From Paraspadella gotoi (Eukaryota; Animalia; Chaetognatha): a stretch of DNA of 64,000 nt. The notes beneath the pieces are model-generated. The model ran no database searches. It had not been told where the DNA came from and worked only from the letters and a program-made list of their open reading frames with translations. Below, one piece after another: positions 27,051 through 41,841 of the stretch (its first letter is position 1; each line of letters starts with the position of its first letter). Location: NCBI GenBank assembly GCA_051294375.1, contig CM119265.1, positions 4,037,025 to 4,101,024 on the forward strand, given 5' to 3'. Position numbers and translations under genes: made by a program.

Positions 27051-27814
27051 CGGAAAATCAAACGACAGCATTAAAACAAGTTAAGCTTACGTAAAATGTA
27101 TCCATATGTTTTATAAATCAGTTTCACTTCAATTAACTGAATCTCAGAATGTAAATCATTGTAATCAAGGAAATCTGGATTGAAATCCCGAATCGATTCG
27201 CTTACAATTTCGCTTCGTCAGCTGAGAAAAATCAATCGGCGACAAATTTTCACAATCACTAATTCACTACAAATCACCGACAATCACGATCTACAATTCA
27301 CAGCGGATCGTTGACGAAGTGAGTTCAATGAACTCAAACTCGTTTTTATACGAATGCTTATAATTTAGCCGGTTTAGTTGTATAGTAAAGAATGTAATAT
27401 GTAGTAATTTGAATTTTCGAAAAACTTTTGTCTAATTTAGCATCGAACTCCAAATTCAAATTATTTGGATTTTTTTATTACCTCGCAACAAAGCTACTAA
27501 GACTAAAACTAAGGTAAAAAAGTAAATAAAATAATGGAATAAAGTTTTAACACCAAAACGAGAAAAAGAAAGGAAAAAAATGAAAACTTGGTTTCTCTTT
27601 CACTGGAAGTTAATGGGAACTGGAATTCGGTTGCTGCAGGAACAGCATCTTGCGCTGCAGCTTGGATGCGGGGGCAGTAGATGATGGTAGCAGCGGGACG
27701 GCGGCGGCGGCAGCGGCGGCGGCGCTGAAGGTGACGTTCGTGAGGTAGAATTTGCAGTAAAATAAAATATGAGAAAAGTGAAAATTATAGAAAATTTGAG
27801 AAAGAAAGAAAGAT

Positions 27815-27901
<87 letters not shown>

Positions 27902-28252
27902 AAAAAAAGGGAAAAAAGGGGAAAAAAAAAACTTTCCGAACGATCGATACAACGAAATGTAAATTACAGCGTAAGTTTTCAGCCATTAAATTGTAAAAAG
28001 TGAGTAAAATCTTAAAATCCTAAAATCTTTTTAGTGAACCTTAAAATTATAATTTGCACCTGGTTTACAATCAAACTGTTTTATGTTATTTTGTTGTTTT
28101 CGGTTATTTTGTCATCTAATGAATAAAAAGACTTTCCTCTAAATCAGCACAAAAAACCATTAACGGCGAATTTGTTAAGAAATTTCTCAATTTCATTTTC
28201 AACGGGAAATCTATTTTATGTTCGCTAGGTCTCTCGAGGTGAGAGAAGAGAA

Positions 28253-28323
<71 letters not shown>

Positions 28324-28624
28324 AAGAGAATGGGATTGTTTGTGCCGCCTTCAAACTTCAAACATGAAAATGAAACTTGAACAATATGATTAAAATTAAA
28401 ACTCGTACAAAGACGACAATGATGATGATGATGATGATGATGATGGTGATGATGTCGATGACAATAATGACAAAAACGACTAAAATGACCTTTGTAAAAA
28501 TGTTTATCATTAATAGTATTAATAACAAAGTTCTTTTTCATTCTATTCATTCATTTCAAAAACGTTTGCCCTAGAACTGTAAACATTTTTTCCTTCAGAT
28601 TATACGATTTACGATTTTTTCAGC

Positions 28625-28625
28625 A

Positions 28626-28679
<54 letters not shown>

Positions 28680-28715
28680 TCGTCGTCGTCGTCATCGTCG
28701 TCGTCGCCGTCGTCT
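28625..28715. repeat. (GTC)n microsatellite (other copies at 32972-33080 and 42605-42715)
   Basis: Direct trinucleotide run. Confidence 0.95.
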
Positions 28716-30030
28716 TAGCCTTTCACAACTTGTCAAAGTTTGTCGAAGAAAATTGACAATTCAAATTTTTTTTTAAATTCGCAAACTTGATGTTTGAAAA
28801 GAAAAAGACTCGTTCGTCTGTTTTACTTTCAAGAGTAAAAATCTTTTTTGTTTAAAAATTCAGAAGAAATAATTTCATATGGTTTTACTCTCTTTGATTT
28901 CTGTTCACAGAAGGAAATTGTGACAAATATAAAGAAAGTAAGAAAGAAAGAAAGAAAGAAAGAAAGAAAAGAAAGAAAGAAAAGAAGAAAGAAAGAGAAA
29001 AAAAGATAGAAAGAAAGAAAGAAAGAAAAAAGAAAGAAAGAAAGAGAAAGAAAGAAGAATATAAGATTGACAACATGAAAACATTAAAATCTCTCTCTCT
29101 TCTCTCTCTCTCTTTCTTCTCTCTCCTCTCTCTCTCTTCTCTCTCTCTCTGTCAGTGTTTTCTGAATTGAATCAGTTTTCCGTCGACATTTTTTAGCTGA
29201 CAGCGATAGATCACAAACCGCGATCATCACATGAAGACGACGACGACGACGACGACGACATTATTTCCTTTATTTCAAATTCCATCAACCGTCCAGTTCG
29301 GGCAAGGGAGACCAGAGGTCAAAGGTCACAGGTTCTAATCCGGTGTGCATTTTGTAGTTAAGTGGGACGGGGAGCTTAAACATCCTGTGGCTGTGTTGCT
29401 ACGGTCCCATCCGCTCAAGAGGATGATGAAGAACGATGAAGAACGATGAATACAGTTAAAAACTAAAACTATAAATACTATATATTTTTTTCCTTTTAGA
29501 AGCTTATAACGCCTATAAGTTGAAGCCAAGAGTGTCTATAAAACAATAGATAATTGACACCTTTTTGTGCGCCGCTTCGAGGTGGCTTCGTCCTTTTCGC
29601 CGGGGCGGCACCCGCAGCTGCTTTCTCTGCGGCTGCGGCGTGCGACAGCGGGCTGAACGATTTCATTGTTTTCATTTTTTTAGGCGTCTCGAGACTTCAG
29701 TCTTCAGTCTTCAGACTTCAGTCTTCATCCAAATCGCTTTTTACCTTTTCTTGTCTCCTCTATTTAATTTTGTCTCCTTTGCCTGGCCTGCGATGGCACG
29801 GTTCCCTATTCACTCTTCCAAGATTCAAGAATGCCAAGCATGCTGCTTGTAAATGCAGACGATAATTCGGACAGCGGATTGTTAAACTGCATCTTTTTCC
29901 AAAGCCCGATAATTATCGTATCTGCCAGAGCTGAAAAGAGCAGGCCACTTGCCACGTTACTTTATTTGGATAACGATTAGATATAATATATATTAGATAA
30001 TATATATTAGATAATATATAATAGCTATTG

Positions 30031-30495
30031 TCATCTAGGAAAAAAAGTCTATCACATTTTTAGTAGAGGAAATCTAGCTCAAAAACTTGTTTGATTTAAA
30101 AAAAATCAGAATATTTCCGAAATCTACACTGAATTTTCAAATTGTTTAGAAAGTTACAGGCAAAAAAAGATCGCTACTTCAAATGAAAAATATCGAAAAA
30201 AATCATATTTATTAGTTATTTGTTTTATTTAAAATAAAGTTAGTTTTTTAAAATCTTTTTAAATTTTGCAATACTAAAGGCATTGGCCATTTCGTTCAAA
30301 AAAGTTCCATTAAAACTCTCAGAAAGAAGGAAAGACGCAAAACATGAGAGCATGCCCAGACGAATGCAGGCTGTAGTAGATGCCGAGGAAGGGCATATCT
30401 AAATATTGAGAATGTTTTACCCCATGTTTTGTATATTTTTTAATTGAATAAAAGAACTTTTCAACAATTATGTGATATACTTTTTTCCTAGATAG
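30031..30495 (+). mobile_element. Duplicate of the deleted Tc1 element at 25716-26171
   Basis: Same TIRs and ESMPRRMQAVVDAE remnant, within the second tandem copy. Confidence 0.85.
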
Positions 30496-30569
30496 TAGAT
30501 ATAACGATTATATGTATAATTTAATCTTATTCTAATAAATATGCCCGACCCTTTCCTTCCTCTTTAATC

Positions 30570-30656
<87 letters not shown>

Positions 30657-32175
30657 GTTTCATCTCTCATCGATCACGTGACTCCGTCGCGGTTTTCGCT
30701 TCGGGATGAGATGTCACCCTGACTTTGGCCGAGACCAGACAAAAAATATATAAACGGCCAAGGATCCAAAAAGTTTTTTTTTGTTTAATGTAAACAGAAA
30801 AATTCAATCTTTGGTTGTCATATAAATCGTGAGTAATAAATCTCTACTTCACGTTCGCCTAATTTTGTTCCGTTTAAAATGTACCGAGTTTGTGTTTGTT
30901 TATCTTTTCCTTTTTTTTTTTTTTTTCAGAAAATGAATCTGTATAGGGACCGGAATCGAGCGTACTGATTTGCGGGGGAAGTGAAACGAGGCCTCGTTGA
31001 GAGTAGGGGGATTTTTGAAAGGCTCGAAAACGGGACGATTCTTGAAAGAGAGAAAAGGTGGCGTGGAGTAGCTGAGCGTTTTAATGAAGACATTATTAAA
31101 ATTTTAGACCCAAGGGAGTAGAAATATTAGACGAGGAGCCGGGTGATAAAAAAAATGAAAAGTACGAAGCGTCGGGTCAGTACAATATTAATTTCTTGAT
31201 TCAGAAATAGGAATAATTAATCAATATTACTCAGCTAAGAAAGGGTAACTGACTGAAGAACAAGTGCCGGTGTCTCTAGACCTGTAGGTCCGAGGTTCGA
31301 GTCCTGCGGTCGTCAAATAATCACTTTTATTCTTTGGTCGACCCGGATAAATTCGCTTATCTCTCAGAGCTTGATCTAAATCTACCAATGACGGAAAATC
31401 AAACGACAGCATTAAAACAAGTTAAGCTTACGTAAAATGTATCCATATGTTTTATAAATCAGTTTCACTTCAATTAACTGAATCTCAGAATGTAAATCAT
31501 TGTAATCAAGGAAATCTGGATTGAAATCCCGAATCGATTCGCTTACAATTTCGCTTCGTCAGCTGAGAAAAATCAATCGGCGACAAATTTTCACAATCAC
31601 TAATTCACTACAAATCACCGACAATCACGATCTACAATTCACAGCGGATCGTTGACGAAGTGAGTTCAATGAACTCAAACTCGTTTTTATACGAATGCTT
31701 ATAATTTAGCCGGTTTAGTTGTATAGTAAAGAATGTAATATGTAGTAATTTGAATTTTCGAAAAACTTTTGTCTAATTTAGCATCGAACTCCAAATTCAA
31801 ATTATTTGGATTTTTTTATTACCTCGCAACAAAGCTACTAAGACTAAAACTAAGGTAAAAAAGTAAATAAAATAATGGAATAAAGTTTTAACACCAAAAC
31901 GAGAAAAAGAAAAGGAAAAAAATGAAAACTTGGTTTCTCTTTCACTGGAAGTTAATGGAACTGGAATTCGGTTGCTGCAGGAACAGCATCTTGCGCTGCA
32001 GCTTGGATGCGGGGGCAGTAGATGATGGTAGCAGCGGGACGGCGGCGGCGGCAGCGGCGGCGGCGCTGAAGGTGACGTTCGTGAGGTAGAATTTGCAGTA
32101 AAATAAAATATGAGAAAAGTGAAAATTATAGAAAATTTGAGAAAGAAAGAAAGATAGAAAGAAAGAAAGAAAGAA

Positions 32176-32211
<36 letters not shown>

Positions 32212-32589
32212 AGAAAGAAAGAAAGAAGAAAGAAAAGAAAAAAAAGGGAAAAAAGGGGAAAAAAAAAACTTTCCGAACGATCGATACAACGAATGTAATT
32301 ACAGCGTAAGTTTTTCAGCCATTAAATTGTAAAAAAGTGAGTAAAATCTTAAAATCCTAAAATCTTTTTAGTGAACCTTAAAATTATAATTTGCACCTGG
32401 TTTACAATCAAACTGTTTTATGTTATTTTGTTGTTTTCGGTTATTTTGTCATCTAATGAATAAAAAGACTTTCCTCTAAATCAGCACAAAAAACCATTAA
32501 CGGCGAATTTGTTAAGAAATTTCTCAATTTCATTTTCAACGGGAAATCTATTTTATGTTCGCTAGGTCTCTCGAGGTGAGAGAAGAGAA

Positions 32590-32648
<59 letters not shown>

Positions 32649-32984
32649 AAGAGAGAGAGAGAAAGAGAATGGGATTGTTTGTGCCGCTTCAAACTTCAAA
32701 CATGAAAATGAAACTTGAACAATATGATTAAAATTAAAACTCGTACAAAGACGACAATGATGATGATGATGATGATGATGATGATGTGGTGATGATGTCG
32801 ATGACAATAATGACAAAAACGACTTAAAATGACCTTTGTAAAAATGTTTATCATTAATAGTATTAATAACAAAGTTTCTTTTTCATTCTATTTCATTCAT
32901 TTCAAAAACGTTTGCCCTAGAACTGTAAACATTTTTTCCTTCAGATTATACGATTTACGATTTTTTCAGCATCGTCGTCGTCGT

Positions 32985-33038
<54 letters not shown>

Positions 33039-33305
33039 TCGTCGTCGTCGTCGTCTCGTCGTCGTCGTCGTCGCCGTCGTCTTAGCCTTTCACAACTTGT
33101 CAAAGTTTGTCGAAGAAAATTGACAATTCAAATTTTTTTTTAAATTCGCAAACTTGATGTTTGAAAAGAAAAAGACTCGTTCGTCTGTTTTACTTTCAAG
33201 AGTAAAAATCTTTTTGTTTAAAAATTCAGAAGAAATAATTTCATATGGTTTTACTCTCTTTGATTTCTGTTCACAGAAGGAAATTGTGACAAATATAAAG
33301 AAAGT

Positions 33306-33345
<40 letters not shown>

Positions 33346-33428
33346 AGAAAGAAGAAAGAAAGAAAGAAAGAAAGAAAGAAGAAAGAAAGAAAGAAAGAAA
33401 AAAGATAGAAAGAAAGAAAGAAAGAACA

Positions 33429-33460
<32 letters not shown>

Positions 33461-33488
33461 ATATAAGATTGACAACATGGAAAACATT

Positions 33489-33562
<74 letters not shown>

Positions 33563-33726
33563 AGTGTTTTCTGAATTGAATCAGTTTTCCGTCGACATTT
33601 TTTAGCTGACAGCGGATAGATCACAAACCGCGATCATCACATGAAGACGACGACGACGACGACGACGACGACGATCACTGATTACGTGATTGAAATTTTT
33701 ATTTTCTTTATTCTCAACTGTCCATC

Positions 33727-33815
<89 letters not shown>

Positions 33816-33840
33816 NNNNNNNNNNNNNNNNNNNNNNNNN
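33816..33840. other. Assembly gap (25 N) inside a (CT)n run
   Basis: Exactly 25 N. The noisy copy at about 43360-43460 spans the same point with only (CT)n. Confidence 0.99.
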
Positions 33841-35129
33841 CTCTCTCCTTTCTCAAATTCCAAAATTCATTCCGAGAGAACTACCAATTAAATTCTTTTG
33901 ACCCTCGAATGATCAGCGAAAGGAAATGCAAACAAAATGCAAACGAAATACAAACAAAGCGCAAATGAATTTCTAACGAGATAAAATGATTACGTCAGTG
34001 AGAAACCAAGTATTTTTTTAATCCTGTTTCCGTTGAGAACCAATCGAGAAAGGAAACGAATTTTATATGAATAAAACAAAACTATTTTTAGGTATCATCG
34101 CTTGTCCCGCTTGGCTTTTCTGCCTTTTCTTCTCTCTTGACCAATCAGAGAGGTGGTTTCTCTCTCGACCAATGAGAGAGGTGGGTTCCCTCACGGAATC
34201 GACGTGAGAGAGAAGAAACTAACATCATAATTTCCAAGTTCATGAACTATTTACTTTGTATTTTGAACCATCGTTTTAATCATCATAATCTCCCTCAATT
34301 ATTATTATCTCCTCGTTTATTTGTGTAAATAAAACTCCTATAAATTATCCGTAATAAACCACGTCTTCTTCCTTCGTTGTTATTAACCCTTTATAAATAA
34401 GTTTTAATTAAACCGAATAAATTAAAATACTAGACTAGATTTTACCACAAGTTTAAGCAAACAATGTCGGGCGCTTTTTTCTGTTCCTAATTCCTGAACT
34501 TAATTTTAAACTTGCATACTACCAAATCCTTAACTCTAAAACCAAACCGAAACCCAAAATCTAAACCTATTCTCTAACCCATAACTCTAATCCCTACCTA
34601 TAATCTTTAGAACACTAATCTTTAACCTAATCCATAAGCATTACTTTCATTTTAATCTTAAACCTAAAAAATAAATTAATCCCAAATTTAAGAAGAAATG
34701 GGCAGTTTTGGAAAAATAGACCCGAAAGGGCGAGGAACCCAAAATAAATGACCCGATTTTTAGATGAATTTTGAGAAAATGATCCTGTTTATCCCGACTA
34801 ATTTGGAGGAGGACATCCCTGTCATCAGCTTAGTCTGTCAACTCGCTCGCGTCTTCTTTTTAAAAAGGATTATAAATACTTTACAGTAAATTTTGACGTC
34901 GATTATTTCTGGTTATTGTTGTTGTTGCTGTTGTTGTTGTTGTTGTGGTTGTTGTAGGGAGCCCACGGGAGCAGTTATCGGTTTTCTTCAGCACTTATTG
35001 CTGATCAGAATTGCCCTCTATAACAAGTTTGACCTCAACTTTCAGGACAATCAAATAGGAAAAACAATAATTGCACATTTTCATATCCATCGATTGGTAG
35101 CCATCGATGCCCACATTTTTAGGCAAGTC

Positions 35130-35430
35130 AATTAGATAAAATATCTATCCAATCAACGGTCTTTTTTAACTGTGCTACCACATCCAAGTGATAAAATATC
35201 CAGCCAATTAGCAGCTCTCCCTGACTGGTCAATTGCTAACTGCTGAATCTCCGGCCAATCAACAGGCTTTTTCAACCTGTCAGCAGCATTCAATCAATAA
35301 AATCTGCAGCCAATCGACAACTTTTTTTTACTTGTAAATTGCATTTAACATAAAAATATGCAGCCAATGAACATCCTTTTTTGACTGGTCAACCGCATTT
35401 AATGAATAAAGTTTTCAGCCAATCAGCGAT
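35130..35430 (+). repeat. Degenerate about 54 bp tandem array with phased CCAAT boxes
   Basis: CCAAT at 35149, 35204, 35255, 35310, 35364 and 35419, mostly in an aaaat..cagccaatc..ctttttt..actg context. Confidence 0.7.
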
Positions 35431-36220
35431 CGCCTCGTTCTGAAATCAATAACGTCACGTGAGTCTGAGGTCGAGAGATAGTCTCCATTGAAGATCCCAT
35501 GGTTTGGGTCTGTGAATAAAAATGTAGTTTCGGTCGGTGAAAGGGAATGACCACTGGCCGAACTGACATCTTAAAATTGTAACAAATGAACATCGCTTTG
35601 TATTACAATTTCATAGATTTACTAAAAAGTAAATCATGAATACACATCGTGAGTTGTTGATAGAGTAAATTATTTTAAAACAATGCAGTTTAGTTTTGAA
35701 ACTAAAATATCTTTTTTAACGCTAAATATAAATGCAGTTTTGTTATTGTATTGTCTATTAAGTATTGGCCTGATGTTAATGTAAAAATTTAGTAAAGTTA
35801 TACGTCAATCCTTTTAAATTACAATTATAAATTGGAGCAGTAGGCATCGATCTGCTTCGATTCCCAATCTCTCGGGCCACAAGTTTCGGTTCGACCGGCG
35901 AAGTCTTAATCATCATCATCATCGTCATCATCATCTTCATCATCGGCGTTCGGCATTGACGCCGCAAAATCAAAGGATGCGTTTTATGTGACATCACGAA
36001 ACATGAACGACGACGACGACGACGACGAAATTCAATGCCAACAGGAAGAGGAAAAAAAGTGAGCTGGAAAAAGTCAAACACGACTTACCTCACGCTGAGT
36101 TCATCGAAGGGAAGGTCGAGGGAGAGGAGCAATCGTAAGGTGAGTCAATGAGAGGAGGAAGAGCAAGGGAGGAAGAGGTTAATGTATTTAATTTACGAGG
36201 AGGAGAAAATTTAAAAAGGT

Positions 36221-36315
<95 letters not shown>

Positions 36316-36413
36316 GAGGCGGGTAGGAATGCTTTGTGGAAAAGAGGGAAAGGAATGCGGGAAAGAAAGAAAATAATTTAAAAAGAAAGCTAAGAATAAA
36401 TATAGAAGAGAAA

Positions 36414-36446
<33 letters not shown>

Positions 36447-36750
36447 ACGAATGTAGGTTAGAAAGAAAGAATAAAATTGAGGCATATGTAATTATTGAAA
36501 TTTTTTACACAAACGCTGTTTGATTGTTTATTTCAAGTTGAAAACAGCAGTTGAATTTCGTTTCGTCTTGAAAAGTAATTAATTAAGATAATAAAACATT
36601 GAGAAAAAAAATTATCTAAAAGTTAAAAAAAAGAAGAAATTATAAGAAAGATAGAATTAGAAAGGAAAAAAGTATAAAAGAAAGAGAGAGAGAAGGAGAG
36701 AAAAAGAGAGAGAGAGACGAGAGAGAAGAGAGAGAAGAGAGAGAGAAAGA

Positions 36751-36795
<45 letters not shown>

Positions 36796-37214
36796 AGAGG
36801 AAAAAGAGATGAAGAAGAGAGAGGAGAAAATGAGAGAGAGAGAGGAGAAGAAGAGAGAGAGAGAGAGAGAGAATGAGCCAGAGAGAGAAAAAAGAGAGAG
36901 AGAGAGAGAGTGAGAAAGAGAGTGACTGTGAGTCTTTATCGATTTTGACATTGTTTTACTATTGGCTAAACCATCGAAGTCATTTAAATTATCACAAGTG
37001 GATTAACAAAAAATAACAAAAAAAGAAAGATATTTAACCGAGATCCCTCAACGCTGGGGCAGCTCTGTGAGGGGAAATTTATTGATCCTGACTGTACTTT
37101 AAAACTTTGAATTAGAAAATGAAATAAAAAATGAAATAGAAATGGGAAATAGAAATAGAATTAAAAAAAGCAGTTATTGCATTCCCCGGCGCTAAAAAAT
37201 GTAGAGATTGTAAA

Positions 37215-37310
37215 TCTAATCATAACTATCATAAATGTCATAACTATCATAAATGTGATAAGTGATAACTATCATAAATGTGATAAGTGATAACTATTAT
37301 AAATGTCATA
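37215..37310. repeat. Short tandem repeat ataactatcataaatgt(g/c) x4
   Basis: Direct repeats are visible. Confidence 0.85.
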
Positions 37311-39589
37311 AACCCGTCCAGCGATTATTTTGCGCACAATTCTTTTTGCCGTATTTCATGTCGCACGCAATTTCGCACGCGATTCGCACTCAAATTCACT
37401 CCCAGTCGAACTCACAAAACTCGTTTCGGCGTCAAACTTCATTTTTCGACTCATAAATTCCTGCGCTTCTTTTCATCTCAATCACGTGACCCTAGCTACT
37501 TTGAACGATCCGTCCCAATTTTGCAAGGAGATCGTACGCCATACGTACGAAAGCGTAGGATTGTCTGCTAGCAGCCTAGCACCAACGCGTACTGCTATAT
37601 GCAAACGGATCACTTTGGTAGAAACATTCATTGTCACCCGTGACTCAGTGTTTCTCACATTTCTTTCAATCAATTCACATTTAATCTTTTATCCGTCGCC
37701 TCTTTTTTTTCTCTTCACTGCGGGCGTGATCTTCAGCTTTACTTTTCGACGCAATCACAAATGATCACGTGATTCTCACAGCCTATAGACGTTTCTCTTT
37801 CACGTGAAATCGAACACGGGACACATGAAGTTGAGTCATAGGAAATAACAGACCCCGTGAGGACCATTTTTATCAAGCCGGATTAATATCTGTTTTTTTA
37901 TCATCGTAACCAAATAAGTAATAAGTATGTATAAAATTGTACATAATATCGTTATGACCCTGATATTATTTCAATGCTTTTCTATTCGTACTTATTCAAA
38001 TGTTGCACAACACAACATTTTCAACATTATCTTTTTGGCATTCCACCAAGTTTCACTGCAATTTTATTTGTATACCCAGGCGTTAAGTTCAGTAAATTCC
38101 TTTCCGCATTCAACAATTCCGTAGTGAGCATTCCACGTCATTCCAATCAGCATTCACAATTCCCTTCCTCTCGTCAGACTCACCTCGACCGGATTTCGCT
38201 TCACGTCCGAAGATGAAATTCGATATCTTCTCACAAAATCCAAATTTTTGAAGAGATTTTCACCAAAAAATCGCCTGTGATTTTTTTTCACTGGCGATTT
38301 TCTTTCTTTTTTTCACTGGTTTATTACGTAGAGAAGCTAAACTCGACAATTCTTTTTTTCCCTTTTTTTTCTTTTTTTTTTTTTTTGTCCTACCTTTTTA
38401 AAAGGTTTTCTTTTTATTGAATATTTTTTTATCTATTATCATATTATTATAACAAATGGTGTAATGAAAATCAAACAGGTTGGAGAAGACCTAATATACC
38501 CACAATTACATAGAAGGATTTCGAGCGTCTTGAAAATCACACCAATTACCTCAGGTATCTATAATGTGTGCGAGGACCCCATCACCAAATGGTGAATCTC
38601 CTTATCAAAAAATTTGTTTTCTGACAATTATACTTCTTATAAAATTTTTAAATTTGTTCACTATGTAAATCTTGAATGTCTAATCTGAACCAGGAGCCAA
38701 AGCCTGCTTCACTAGACATACTATTTTAATTTTTTTTATTTATTTGATGCAAAGTTTAATACCCAATAGGTTTTTGCTATAATAATTTGTAATTTGTAAA
38801 TAAATTTAAAATAAGTTAAAATAGATTAGTTTTAATAGATAATTAATAATTAAGGGTATGTTATGATAAAGTGTACATTAGCGAAAACTTAACACATTAT
38901 AGGATAAACGGGAGTTTAAAAAATAATATTAAATCTAATTGGAAAAAGGAGTGCACAATAAGTGTTTTAAAAAATTCATACGGACATCCACTTTAAAAAG
39001 TAACCTTATTTAAGAATATAATATTGTTCGAGTACGGCAATTTTGTTACCCACTTATAATTATTATCCCTCTGACCATCTTATGTGCGCTATGGTAGCCG
39101 GCCTTTATTTCGTTATTTCTTTTCTCCCATTGGGATTGAAAAAATCACATTCTTTATCATTAGGAAACCGAACATATCTCTCTGCAATGACATACCCTTG
39201 TATTAGTCTTTTTTGAAAATAGATTAACACAACAAAGTGAATAGAAAACTATATATCTTCCTTCTGAGATATTAGCTTCCGAATTAGTACAACTATCTAA
39301 ATCCCCTTAATGACATCCGAAAAAATTTAATTTCCACCCATCGAATGATATTTTTTTCTTTTAGTCCGCACCATCCCTTAATATATACCCTTCAGTGACA
39401 ATCCCTGCCTCTGACTGATATTTGGTGAGTTTTGACTATTTTTTGTCCGTTAAACATCCTTTTATATTGATAAATGACATCCTCCCGATGAGAGCTAGAG
39501 TCATTGAAAGGGAAGAACGGTCCCTTGCCACAGCTGGAAGAAAAGTTCCGATCTCTTTCTGTATATACCCCGTCCGAAAACATAAATTG

Positions 39590-41801
39590 CCATATCTTAT
39601 TAAATTGGCTAATAAATATACCCGACCCCTTTACTTCCTCTTAAATCAATCTTCTCTCTCTCTCGTCTCTCTCCCTCTCTCTCGCTCTCTCTCTCTCTTC
39701 TCTCTTATCTCATCTCTCTCTCATCTCTCTCTCTCTGTCTCAAAAGTTTCATCTCTCATGCGATCACGTGACTCCGTCGCGGTCTTTTCGCTTCGGGATG
39801 AAGGATGATCAACCATTGACATTTGGCGCGAGACGCAGCAAAAATTTATAAACGGCCAAGGATGCCAAAAAGTTTTTTTTTGTGTTAATGTATACGAAGA
39901 AAAATATCAATCTCGTGTCGTATGTATGTCAATGACATTCGTTTTTAATATCGTGATAGTATTATATATTATACTTAATCACGTTACCAGCCCCTAATTA
40001 GACTTTGTAATCCGTTTAAAATGTACCTCTATCCCCTCTCGCCTTCCTCTCTCTTCATTCTCTCCCTCGTATCTCCTCAATCCATTCTCCTTCTCTCTCT
40101 CTCCATCTCTCGTCTCTCATCTCTTCCCCATCTCGTCTCTCTCTCTCTCTTCCGTATCTTAATTAATTTTATTTTTTCAACTGATCCGAAGTTTTATCTT
40201 TTGAATAGATCGAAGTGCAATTTTCCTTTCTCTTCGTGTCCAAATTGTCCCGTTGCGTCTGTTCGTTACTTTTTGTTAGTAAGTTTTTGTTCGTATCTTA
40301 GTCGTTCTTCCTTCGTTCTTCGTCGTCGTATTTGGAAGTCAATTTTCTATTGAGTTTGTGTTTTTGTATCTTATTACTTTTTCCTTTTTTTTTTTTTTTT
40401 TCAGATGAAATCCTGTAATAGTTCTGAAACGCTCCGGGAATCCCGAGACCGTACCTTGATATTGCCGGCCGGGGGAAGTGAAACCCGGAGGCCCTCGTTG
40501 AGAAATGTAGGCAGGGATTTTTGAAAGGCTCGAAAACGGACCGATTGCCCTGGAAAGAGAGAAACACGGTGCGCGTGGAGTAGCTGAGCGTTTTTAATGA
40601 AGTACATTAATTAGGATATTTTAGTCACCGCAGAGGTGCAGTAGAAATATAAGACGAGGAGCCGGGTGAAAAAAAAATGGAAAGTATCACAATGCCGTCC
40701 GGGTCAGTAGCATCATATTAATTTCTTGATTCAGAAAATAGGAATACATTAATCAAATATTACTCCAGCCTACAGAAAGGTGTACTGACTGAAAGAACAA
40801 GTGCCGGTGTTCTGCCTCTATGCCCATCTAGGTCCGAGGTTGCGAGTCCTGCGGTTCGTCAAATAATCACTTTTATTCTTTGGTCTGAAACCCGTCGATA
40901 TAATCTCGCATTATTCCTTCAGAGCTTGATCTAAATCTCAGTCCTCACAATTGATACGGACAAATCACTGTCATCCGCTATCTTCTCAAATCACCAAGTT
41001 TAAGCTTACGTAAAATTGTATCCAGTATGTTTTATAATGCAGTTCACTCAATTAGACTGAATCCTCAGAATGTAAACTCATCATTGTAAATTCAAGGAAC
41101 TAGTCTGCGTATTGAAAATCCCGGAATCGATTGCTTTACAATTTCGCTTCGTCAGCTGAGAAAAATAAATACGGGCAGACAAATTTTCAGCGAATCAATA
41201 ATTTCACTACACAAATCACGACAATCACGATCTACCAAGATCACAGGCGAGATCGATTGACGAAGTGAGTTACAATGAACTCAAACTCGTTTTTATACCG
41301 AATGACTTATAATTTAGACCGGTTTTGTTGTACTAGTAAAGAATGTAATATGTAGTAATTTGAATTTTCGAAAACTTTTGTCTAATTTAGCATGAACTTC
41401 CAAATTCAATATTATTTGGAGTCTTTTTTTATTATCCTCGGCAACAAAGCTACTAAGACTAAACTAAGGTAAAAAAGTAAATAAGAATAATGCGAAGATT
41501 TTTTAAAGATTTTAACACCAAATCACGAGAAAAAGAAAGGAAAAAGAATGAAAACTTGGTTTCTTTCACTGGAGTTAATGGTAACTGGAATTCGGTTGTC
41601 GCTGCAGAACAGCAATCTGTGCCTGCCCAGCTTGGATGCGGGGCAGTAGGATGATGGTAGCGCGGTACGGGCGGCGCGGCAGCGGCGGCGGCGCTGAAGG
41701 TGACGTTCGTGAGGTAGAATGTGCAGTAAAAATAAAATATGAAGAAAAGTGAAAATTATAGAAAATTTAGAGAAGAAAGAAAGATAGAAAGAAAGAAAGG
41801 A

Positions 41802-41841
<40 letters not shown>

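Larger units (their letters stand above)
24947..33672 (+). repeat. 4.3 kb direct tandem duplication (24947-29258 and 29259-33672)
   Basis: cattatttcctttatttcaaattccatcaaccgtccag starts both copies and both end at catgaagacgacgacg. Differences are mostly 1-bp indels and microsatellite lengths. Confidence 0.96.

Noticed and set aside
34525-34670. ctaacc/ccctaa-rich stretch as an interstitial telomere
   Set aside because: Too degenerate, with no run of perfect telomeric units.
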